Source of the DNA: a virus
Strand: one strand, 5' to 3'
Length of the DNA: 64,000 nucleotides
IMG/VR virus record: IMGVR_UViG_3300044568_004364
Position numbers and translations under genes: made by a program. Within the stretch, counting starts at the first letter, position 1, and each line of letters opens with the position of its first letter. Below the pieces are notes generated by a model. That model was given only the letters and a program-made list of their open reading frames with translations, was not told the origin of the DNA and did not search any database. Positions 56,783 to 64,000 of this stretch are shown piece after piece.

Positions 56783-57088
56783 TTATTGGCGTGCCTCCAC
56801 AGAGGCGTTCGCTGAATCGTAATTGCGGAACTCTGGAGTGCCGCGCCAGTTCCATTCGCGGTAGGTTTCATCAGCACCCACGGGGCAGTTGAGCCACATG
56901 CAGGAGTAGCAAGGTTCCTCGACGTGGACATGCGCCCAAAGACCTCCGTAGAGGCGACGATACCACTCATGGTTCCCAAGAAAACATGCAAACCAGCCCC
57001 AGCGAACAAGGCGGCGCATCCATTCGGTCCAAATGGCTTGGCGAGATTTGACGCTCTTTAGTGTTTCAACTCGTTCTTCGCTGATCAT
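56783..57088 (-). CDS. Cassette-borne Trp-rich hypothetical protein
   Basis: RRLVR and NASVEAR segments derive from attC arms. Confidence 0.6.
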   Translation of the reverse strand: MISEERVETLKSVKSRQAIWTEWMRRLVRWGWFACFLGNHEWYRRLYGGLWAHVHVEEPCYSCMWLNCPVGADETYREWNWRGTPEFRNYDSANASVEARQ

Positions 57089-57283
57089 AATATAAGTTTA
57101 ATGTTAACCCCAAAGAATTGATTTCATAAGTTCCCAACGCTGACGAAGCAATTCGGTATATTCAAATAGTTGATCTTCGTCGAGACACTCAATATTGTTC
57201 AATTCGCGAATACGTTTTTCAATAAGATTAAATTCAATTTCTTCGTTGATCATAATATATAGTGTTATTTGAGTTACGAGTTC

Positions 57284-57664
57284 TTAGAGCAGATTTTGTT
57301 CCATATATTCCTCACATGTGGGAATAGTGTTTCGGTATTGCTGCAGATCGGCAATAAGCATATCCAGTGATTCTCTGTTATGCATCTCAGGTGTGTTTAG
57401 GCAAAGATCTACAAATTTTAAAATTTGTTCCGAGATTTCTTCGTGTGAAGGGAGAGAGCAATACGCCACGATGAAGAAGTCTTCTTCCTTGCATTCGAGT
57501 GTATCATTTGCACCAGTCAAGCCAAAGCAGTAATTATTCCAAGGACATTTGATGTTCCAATATTCCTCTCCGCCTTTCTCGAAAAGAGTTACGACATATG
57601 CCGTGGTGCCCCAATGAACGGTTTTGCCTTCACGAACTGCTTGCTTAATTTCTGATAGATTCAT
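57284..57664 (-). CDS. Hypothetical early protein
   Basis: MNLSEIKQAV..GKTVHW; first gene behind a promoter. Confidence 0.65.
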   Translation of the reverse strand: MNLSEIKQAVREGKTVHWGTTAYVVTLFEKGGEEYWNIKCPWNNYCFGLTGANDTLECKEEDFFIVAYCSLPSHEEISEQILKFVDLCLNTPEMHNRESLDMLIADLQQYRNTIPTCEEYMEQNLL

Positions 57665-57686
57665 AATGTGGTTTGGTTACATGATT

Positions 57687-57715
57687 ATTCTACCATAAAA
57701 ACACATACTTGTAAA
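57687..57715 (-). promoter_or_regulatory. Early promoter upstream of the cassette array
   Basis: TTTACA-N17-TAGAAT. Confidence 0.78.
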
Positions 57716-57742
57716 ACAAAAAATGATGAAAATGTGAAAAAA

Positions 57743-57776
57743 GTGAAAAACCTATAGATACGTATAGGTTTTTCAC
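57743..57776. terminator. Long hairpin, probable terminator
   Basis: GTGAAAAACCTATA...TATAGGTTTTTCAC. Confidence 0.6.
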
Positions 57777-57800
57777 TCTGTAAAAACCGCCTAAAACGGC

Positions 57801-58457
57801 TTAATGATGATCAATTGCAGCTTTTTTTCGGCCTGAGAGAATGGTGTCCACCTCTTCAACCGTGAAAAATGCACTCTTGTTATATGAGAGAGTGTTTTCA
57901 ATTCCACAATCAAGGATCGGCCCGTAAATGTCATGTACACTGTGATGTGCATTAATACCTTTGAGCGAGCCATGGCTATGTCCACAGAGTGTAACTGCAC
58001 CGCGGCCTAGCTCAGGCCATACAAGCGGACACATATGTGTAAGATAGTAACGACGTGAGTCAACATGCAGCATCGCAGAGTCTCCAAGCATTGTCACATT
58101 GTGAGTAATCCGCAGCGGATAAATTTCACAGCTCTTATATTCATCAGGCAGTGCTGCATCATAAAGCTGTTTAACACCGCTGTTATGATTACCCCAGACC
58201 ATAAGTGTTTCGCATTTAAGGCTACGAACAAGTTCAGCAATAGAGTCTGGTCCGATACTCAAACCAACATCGCCCAATACCACAAGCAGGTCATCGCTGT
58301 GCAGTGTCTCCAATTGGTCAATGAGCCATAGTGCATGCTCACGTGCGCTGTTGAATCCGCGTTTGGCATAGACAAAATCTTTATCATGGCCAAAATGCAG
58401 GTCACTGCAAAACTTGATGTTGTGATAGTCTTTACGATTTTTCTTAATTCGAATCAT
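57801..58457 (-). CDS. Calcineurin-like metallophosphoesterase
   Basis: SDLHFGH, LGD, GNH, GHSH. Confidence 0.9.
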   Translation of the reverse strand: MIRIKKNRKDYHNIKFCSDLHFGHDKDFVYAKRGFNSAREHALWLIDQLETLHSDDLLVVLGDVGLSIGPDSIAELVRSLKCETLMVWGNHNSGVKQLYDAALPDEYKSCEIYPLRITHNVTMLGDSAMLHVDSRRYYLTHMCPLVWPELGRGAVTLCGHSHGSLKGINAHHSVHDIYGPILDCGIENTLSYNKSAFFTVEEVDTILSGRKKAAIDHH

Positions 58458-58713
58458 GATTATTTTTCATTAGGATTGTACAATGGTTTAAGCGCCGACT
58501 AAATTCAGCGCGTGTCAATGGAGCTTCAAGTGGTGTATCATCCATGCGCCATCCGTCAGGATCTATGATTGCAGAGACATGCTCAAACTCAGAATCTTTC
58601 AACCATTGCTCTGCAGTCTTCTTTGCGAAGATAGCATCCCAGCCATCGCGATAGCTTTGAGTCGCCACACGAGATGCGATGCTATCTCCAGTAATATCAT
58701 TTTTAGTTGCCAT
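58444..58713 (-). CDS. Hypothetical protein
   Basis: KNDITGD..Y..GWD.IF and IDPDGW motifs. Confidence 0.65.
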   Translation of the reverse strand: MATKNDITGDSIASRVATQSYRDGWDAIFAKKTAEQWLKDSEFEHVSAIIDPDGWRMDDTPLEAPLTRAEFSRRLNHCTILMKNNHDSN

Positions 58714-59812
58714 AATTTTCTAATAGAGTAAGCATTGCATTTTTAAGTTGACGCTCTTCAATGGTCTTGCCAACGAAGAGAGTGAATGCCAATCCACTGC
58801 GCCAATCAGGATAATTCGCTTGCACAAGCAGCGCAAAGTTCTTACGATAGTCTGCTGCAGTGGAGTCATGGGTTGAATGATATACAGAGATGAAGCGGAG
58901 CAGTTCACGATGCGCAGCTTCAAACTCGTGATATGCCGATACTATAGCATGCATTTCATCGCTAATCTTTTCTGCAATCTCGTAGTCAAGAGTAGACTCA
59001 ACATACTTATAAAAGGCTTCAACACTAGCATATCGTTCAGGCGCTGCAAGCCATAAGTCAAGTACATTCTTAACACCCTTCACACCAGTTGCAACACGAT
59101 GCAACATTAGATAGGCTTCGGCCTTAATCTTTTTCATTGTCTGAAAGTCAGGTGAATAGATCACTACACCTTCTTTGCCAGTCCATGCTTCAACATCACG
59201 GATACATTCTTCAATGCTGCTATAATAATATGGAGTTGGTCGTGGTACATCGAGCAAAAATGAGACGACATCAACATTAGCTTGAGTCATATATTCTGCA
59301 GTATCGTTTGCCACAGCGCCAAGCATAGTGAGAGTCGGCTCGTCATGCTCCCGCAAGACAATGATATTTGAAGGAGTAGTCCATTCAAAGAGCAAGCTCC
59401 ATTCTTTCAAGTATGGATTAATCTTGTCAAAGACTCGTGGATATTTACTCATTAGGACTTCAATCTCGTGTCCGTTTGGCAATTGGCGTGCGTCAACAGT
59501 ACCACGAGTGCGAACAATAAGCTCATCCTTATAGCGCGAAACAATAAGCAAGCTACCATCCATCTTGTGACGTGCTTGTATTGGCCATGAAGAATCCCAA
59601 GGTTGAAAGTCTGGCTTTTCGCCATAGTTCACAAACTTGCCAAAGCCTTGAGAGACAACAGCACCATCAGATACACGGACAATTGCACTACGATAGCGTG
59701 CATTGCCGTCATTCCATGTGGTACCCATATCATTTGGAGTCACGAGAAAAAAGTCTTCTTTTAGTGCACCAATCTTGACTGGCTTGATATTAAATTCTTC
59801 AGAGTTGATCAT
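58703..59812 (-). CDS. rnlA: T4 Rnl1-like RNA ligase
   Basis: KFVNYGE, KMDGSL, FEW, EGVV, KIK. Confidence 0.88.
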   Translation of the reverse strand: MINSEEFNIKPVKIGALKEDFFLVTPNDMGTTWNDGNARYRSAIVRVSDGAVVSQGFGKFVNYGEKPDFQPWDSSWPIQARHKMDGSLLIVSRYKDELIVRTRGTVDARQLPNGHEIEVLMSKYPRVFDKINPYLKEWSLLFEWTTPSNIIVLREHDEPTLTMLGAVANDTAEYMTQANVDVVSFLLDVPRPTPYYYSSIEECIRDVEAWTGKEGVVIYSPDFQTMKKIKAEAYLMLHRVATGVKGVKNVLDLWLAAPERYASVEAFYKYVESTLDYEIAEKISDEMHAIVSAYHEFEAAHRELLRFISVYHSTHDSTAADYRKNFALLVQANYPDWRSGLAFTLFVGKTIEERQLKNAMLTLLENYGN

Positions 59813-60416
59813 AGTATGTAGGAGATTAGAGTGATGATTGCGGAGACTAGGGTTAGAGATAAAGCACATGCTTTAATATATTCTGTGCGAAGGACGTCAG
59901 CATAGCGACGATTGCGATTGCCTTTAAGATTAAGGCCTAGAGCTTTTCTACGAAGTATATCAGTGTTCATAATTTTTACGGCAGAGTGTTCGTTTTTCTT
60001 TTTTCTTTTTGTCAGTGTAAGAGACCACAGGCGGAGCAAAAAGATGACGTGCCAATTTGCGCAATGCGATTGGGCTATAGTCAAATGTTTTGGTTTTGAT
60101 CTTTTTCATATAAAGGTAATTAGGCGGCTAGTGTTGCTTTGTAACACTCATCGCTTACGCGCATGGCGAGTTCATCACCATCGCAGAAGCACACTCCAGA
60201 TGAGCGGCAAATTCCATCCTTGTCGATCCATTCTTTTCCAAGAATGTATTGATCTTTTCCGTTGTGATTTTTTCCGTTATAAACAAAAACGCATATTCTA
60301 TATAAGCCTTGTTCAAGACTTAAGACTTGGCCTACTTTGCAGTCAGAGATTTTGACTTCTTCGAGTGCGGGACGAGTGGTGGTGAATTTGTATTGGATCA
60401 TATTGGTTACAGATTT

Positions 60417-60483
60417 ATTATACACCAAACCGTGCTGCTTGTAAAACAAAAAATGAAGAAAAATGCAAAAAAATGCATTTTTC
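60417..60483 (-). promoter_or_regulatory. Early promoter
   Basis: TTTACA-N17-TATAAT plus conserved upstream block. Confidence 0.8.
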
Positions 60484-60715
60484 TCCAAAAACTGCCGTTT
60501 TTCTATGTTTTTTAGTCTCCGAGTGATTCTGGAGTTGTTGTCCAATCTAACGGAAGGTGTTTAATGTCTTCAGCTTCATACCAACGTAACGGTGATTGTG
60601 AATGCATATATCCTTGATTCTTTGCATTGATGTCACTCTTATCCATAGCGCTATTGATTTGAACTATGCGCCAATCGTTTGTGTCAACGAGATAATATGT
60701 ACTCATGGTTTTTAT

Positions 60716-61201
60716 TTATAGCGTTTTGATTTTTACAATGACTCTGCTGCCGGCAAAAATTGTTTTGATGATCTTAAAGATTGTTGACCAATCTCCGCGA
60801 GCAAGACCTGCTCCAATCTTTGGCATTTGTATTACTCTATAGCCGTCAGTCTCTGCTTTACGACGTAGCGCCTGCAGACAGCGAAAAAGAGAATCTGTTT
60901 GCAATGGCGTTGGATTATATCTTGAATGATAGACTCCTGCCATTGCAAACATGTTCACCACCGTGATGTCCTGAGCAGCATCAACACATTGTATTGATCC
61001 TAATAATTCTTCAGGTCGATCTTCGTATGCCTTGCAGCGTTTTAAATAATAACGTTCTATCTCTGGCCAACGACGTGATATCGCAAGCACAAAGCCAGCT
61101 CCCCAGAGTCCGCGATTATTCACAACATGCGCGAGCAGTGTGGGTACACCAGCTTCACAGTTGCATGCATCACCAGCGGAGAGTATAACGTTATCTGTCA
61201 T
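60716..61201 (-). CDS. Macro-domain (ADP-ribose) protein
   Basis: GD, HVVN..G.WGAGF, MPKIGAGLARG. Confidence 0.88.
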   Translation of the reverse strand: MTDNVILSAGDACNCEAGVPTLLAHVVNNRGLWGAGFVLAISRRWPEIERYYLKRCKAYEDRPEELLGSIQCVDAAQDITVVNMFAMAGVYHSRYNPTPLQTDSLFRCLQALRRKAETDGYRVIQMPKIGAGLARGDWSTIFKIIKTIFAGSRVIVKIKTL

Positions 61202-61379
61202 AATATTTTAGTTTTTGCCGTTTCCGCCATATGTCTTACGACGGCGTTTTTTGCTGTTAGGATTGTCCCAGCTTGTATCGCAGTTGGATCCTGCAAATAC
61301 TTTAGTTCCACCATTATTCTGGTCCTTCTTGCTAGCATAGCCAGCTGCTCGTGCTTGTCTTGTATTTTTGTTCATAAGT

Positions 61380-61643
61380 TTATTTGCTTTCTTTAAAGAT
61401 GACTTGTCCTTCAACCAAACCTAAGTCCGACTTTTCGCTAAATGTTGATGTTTCGGGATTTTCATTTTCACGCAGAGGACGAGTCAAATACCATAGCTGT
61501 TCATTCTTCCATGTGACATTCATGAGTTTTGTATTTGCCGGCAAGTCAACTGTCATGCTTCCGCCATATGATTTTGCTCTTTGATTTTCCGTGCACGAAA
61601 AGGATGCGCACGCCAATAGTGTATATATTAGGTATTTCTTCAT
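61380..61643 (-). CDS. Phage lipoprotein
   Basis: Signal ending FSC; RAK.YGG, TWK...LWYLTRP. Confidence 0.75.
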   Translation of the reverse strand: MKKYLIYTLLACASFSCTENQRAKSYGGSMTVDLPANTKLMNVTWKNEQLWYLTRPLRENENPETSTFSEKSDLGLVEGQVIFKESK

Positions 61644-61646
61644 AAT

Positions 61647-62282
61647 TTAAATTTTACATTGATGTCCATGTCCTCTAAACTCTCCGCAGTGCAAACAATT
61701 GGAAAGGTTAAGCTCTCCCTTGTTCCAATATTTGTTCCAAGGGAAAAGTGTTGTTTTTATCTCCTCAAGCGGGGAGTTTTCAACCCATGCATCTTGCCAA
61801 CGAATTGCTTCACGTCGCGCTTCAGTGATATCTTCACTTTGTTTTTTGAGTAATAACAATGCGTGTTGTAAAGCAAGCTCTGCGCTATATTCATTTGAAT
61901 AGACATAATCTGCCAATTGTTGCAATGTCATTGGTGTCTTCACTCGCTCTGAAATAGTATGAGTCAAGCTGCTCAAGCTATTTTGTTTAACTGTGCCACA
62001 TATGCCTTCAAAGGCAGCACGTGCTCCATTATACTCATGTCTGAGATTTAGAATTTCATTGTTTGCTTCGGCTAATTTTTGTGTCAGCTCATCGATCTGA
62101 TGTTGCATACTCTGCATTTGTAAATATGTCGCAAAATCAATTGAGGAAGTGTCCGATGCAAACGGTCCAAACTCACTATCAACATGATCATACTCATCTT
62201 GGAGTGGATCTTTTGACCAATCCTTGATTGGTCGATTTAGCATTTCTTCTAGTTGTTTTTTACCATCTAATCGTTCACTCAT
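61647..62282 (-). CDS. Coiled-coil hypothetical protein
   Basis: Start MSERLDG behind GGAGG. Confidence 0.65.
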   Translation of the reverse strand: MSERLDGKKQLEEMLNRPIKDWSKDPLQDEYDHVDSEFGPFASDTSSIDFATYLQMQSMQHQIDELTQKLAEANNEILNLRHEYNGARAAFEGICGTVKQNSLSSLTHTISERVKTPMTLQQLADYVYSNEYSAELALQHALLLLKKQSEDITEARREAIRWQDAWVENSPLEEIKTTLFPWNKYWNKGELNLSNCLHCGEFRGHGHQCKI

Positions 62283-62571
62283 ATATCCTCCTTTCACGGC
62301 GGGATTTAATAGGTTTGCGCACAATCCACATTGCTGATCCCAAAGGCCACCAAAGTTGCCAGTATCGAGCAGAGCCATTAGCGCCACCACCCATGCAAGT
62401 AAATGTACTAAGAGTTCCGCGATGGATGTCCATGGTTAATCTTCCTACTGTGAAGCGGATCAATCTCTTGCCCCAAAAGCAAACATTGATCCACGAACAT
62501 CCGTATGTTCTTCGATCCATCTCAGCACTGTTTGGATTATGTATCGGGCATATCGTTGTTTTTCCATTCAT
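62275..62571 (-). CDS. Hypothetical protein
   Basis: Coupled to neighbours, GGAGG SD. Confidence 0.5.
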   Translation of the reverse strand: MNGKTTICPIHNPNSAEMDRRTYGCSWINVCFWGKRLIRFTVGRLTMDIHRGTLSTFTCMGGGANGSARYWQLWWPLGSAMWIVRKPIKSRRERRIYE

Positions 62572-62978
62572 GATTCACCTCCTTTCACGGCGGCAATAAG
62601 TGCCTCTCTCGACAAATCAGGTTGCGACCATGGCAATTCAGGCAGTGGAGGGACTCTCCCACCTGCATACATTTCTCCGACAACCTGCAACTGGTCGCGC
62701 AATATCTCAGCGCATTCCCGCGCCTCTGCAAGCTCGCGTTCGAGCTTCTCGCGCTCCGTTGTTTCCTCAGCGAGTGCTTTCGTTAAGTCGCCAATCATCT
62801 CAGGTAGATTCTCCACCGTGTGCGTTGGGACATACCCGACTGGCATGATTGATAGGCACTGCTTTAGGATATTCCGCGCTTCGGTAAGTTCGTGTTCTAT
62901 CACTTGGATGTGGTCATACATGGTGCGCTTATACACTTGGTCTGGCATTCGTGCATCTGTTATCGGTGTCTCACTCAT
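62568..62978 (-). CDS. Coiled-coil hypothetical protein
   Basis: MSETPITDA, EL.EAR repeats. Confidence 0.65.
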   Translation of the reverse strand: MSETPITDARMPDQVYKRTMYDHIQVIEHELTEARNILKQCLSIMPVGYVPTHTVENLPEMIGDLTKALAEETTEREKLERELAEARECAEILRDQLQVVGEMYAGGRVPPLPELPWSQPDLSREALIAAVKGGES

Positions 62979-63384
62979 GGCTCCCTCCTTCCGCTGTGAC
63001 TAGGGCATCTCTTAGTATTTGTTGATCTTCATATGTGAAATACGTGGTTGTTTCCTCTCCTTCTTCAAGAGTCCAGTCAACATCAAACCGCTCCAAAGCC
63101 TCAACCAATATATCGCGTTGACTTTGATATTCAATCGCCCTAAGTTGGCTTACATTTGCACTATTTAGTGCGGCAGTAATTATCCCGTTAAGATTTTCTA
63201 TTTCTTTTCGAGCCTCAACGAGTTTGCCCAACAATTTGCCTACTTCTTTCTCAAGATCGTGTCGCATTGCTGCGCTACACATGCCACTCAACGAATATTT
63301 TGTATGACCAAGTTCTGCCATGATTTTCTCTGCCTCGCGAACATACCCAAGAGCCTCTGTTGTTTTATCATCAAATGTAATCAT
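62971..63384 (-). CDS. Coiled-coil hypothetical protein
   Basis: L.EAR, QRD.L.EAL. Confidence 0.65.
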   Translation of the reverse strand: MITFDDKTTEALGYVREAEKIMAELGHTKYSLSGMCSAAMRHDLEKEVGKLLGKLVEARKEIENLNGIITAALNSANVSQLRAIEYQSQRDILVEALERFDVDWTLEEGEETTTYFTYEDQQILRDALVTAEGGSHE

Positions 63385-63926
63385 TGTGCTCCTCCTGCTT
63401 CTTTATGTCTTTCGTTCAAAAAGTGTTTTACAATATCGGCAAAAATATCTTCATCGCTATTGTCACCCATATAGTCTTCAACTTTAAGATAGTGAGTCCG
63501 CGGATTAATGCCCATGAGTGTAGTCTTTTCATCATTCCACATTGGCAGCAAATTGTCAATGAGTACATTATTCTTATTTGCATAAGGATGCGGATTCACA
63601 ATTTTGTCAACGCCATACAAACTCTGTAAGCGAATGCTATACTTTTGCATCGTCTCACGCGAAAAGATGTCTTCATCTGAGAAGCCCCATTCCGCCAAGC
63701 GTGAAATTTCCCTAGCATAGTCAAAACTAGCAGCGGTCAAGATGTGAACATTTTCTTCACCAACAAGTGTGCGACTATATTGGATTAGCGCCTTCGAGCA
63801 TGGACGCACACAAGTAAAATACTCCTCGCCGCCGTCTAAACGAAAGTGTATGTTATGTTTATATAGTTTTGATTCATAAGTGCGGCTATGAATCAATGTT
63901 TCATCAATGTCCCAGAATATTTTCAT
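63381..63926 (-). CDS. HAD-family (FCP1-like) phosphatase
   Basis: WDIDETL, RP, LTAA, LIDN. Confidence 0.8.
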   Translation of the reverse strand: MKIFWDIDETLIHSRTYESKLYKHNIHFRLDGGEEYFTCVRPCSKALIQYSRTLVGEENVHILTAASFDYAREISRLAEWGFSDEDIFSRETMQKYSIRLQSLYGVDKIVNPHPYANKNNVLIDNLLPMWNDEKTTLMGINPRTHYLKVEDYMGDNSDEDIFADIVKHFLNERHKEAGGAQ

Positions 63927-64000
63927 AAGTAGTGTTGTGTTAGGAAAGATCAATTGTAATGCCTTTGTCAAAATTTACAAAGACGCGATAGTCGGATGGA

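Larger units (their letters stand above)
53900..57007 (+). mobile_element. Integron-type gene-cassette array (10 cassettes, no integrase in the window)
   Basis: attC hairpins at 54115-54246, 54450-54541, 54818-54871, 55175-55272, 55484-55605, 55840-55937, 56121-56208, 56411-56541, 56728-56813; each R'' complements the preceding R'; GC-rich island. Confidence 0.88.

Noticed and set aside
256-63629. Most plus-strand ORFs in the track
   Set aside because: Antisense shadows of well-supported minus-strand genes; only the HNH at 33221-34036 is credible.
1-64000. Stop-codon reassignment
   Set aside because: Core genes are intact in the standard code and no suppressor tRNA was seen; the helicase breaks are explained by split inteins.

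Overview
A 64-kb segment of a large T4-like (Tevenvirinae-type) lytic phage genome, almost entirely coded on the minus strand, with TTTACA-N16/17-TATAAT early promoters and TATAAATA late promoters. It holds a DinG-like helicase, a large tRNA cluster (all amino acids except Asp), a tmRNA and several unexplained structured or CCA-ended RNAs. It also holds rnh, nrdAB, uvsX, phoH, a late block of probable head-packaged proteins, a gp42-based cytosine hypermodification cluster, a lysis cassette and RNA-repair genes. Four things stand out. (1) At 53.9-57.0 kb is a ten-cassette integron-type attC array with no integrase in the window; all ORFs are antisense to the attC sites and many start and stop inside the attC loops. 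(2) Three loci carry chained microprotein genes built from a 12-bp Ser-Val-x-x repeat, the largest next to a DUF6745-like gene pair. (3) An HNH endonuclease cassette has split tRNA-Arg(ACG) and carries a divergent replacement tRNA-Arg(ACG). (4) The gp41 helicase is fractured into three genes by two split inteins and two free-standing endonucleases, one of which has a homing-site look-alike on its late promoter. Family names were recognised from motifs by eye; no searches were run.
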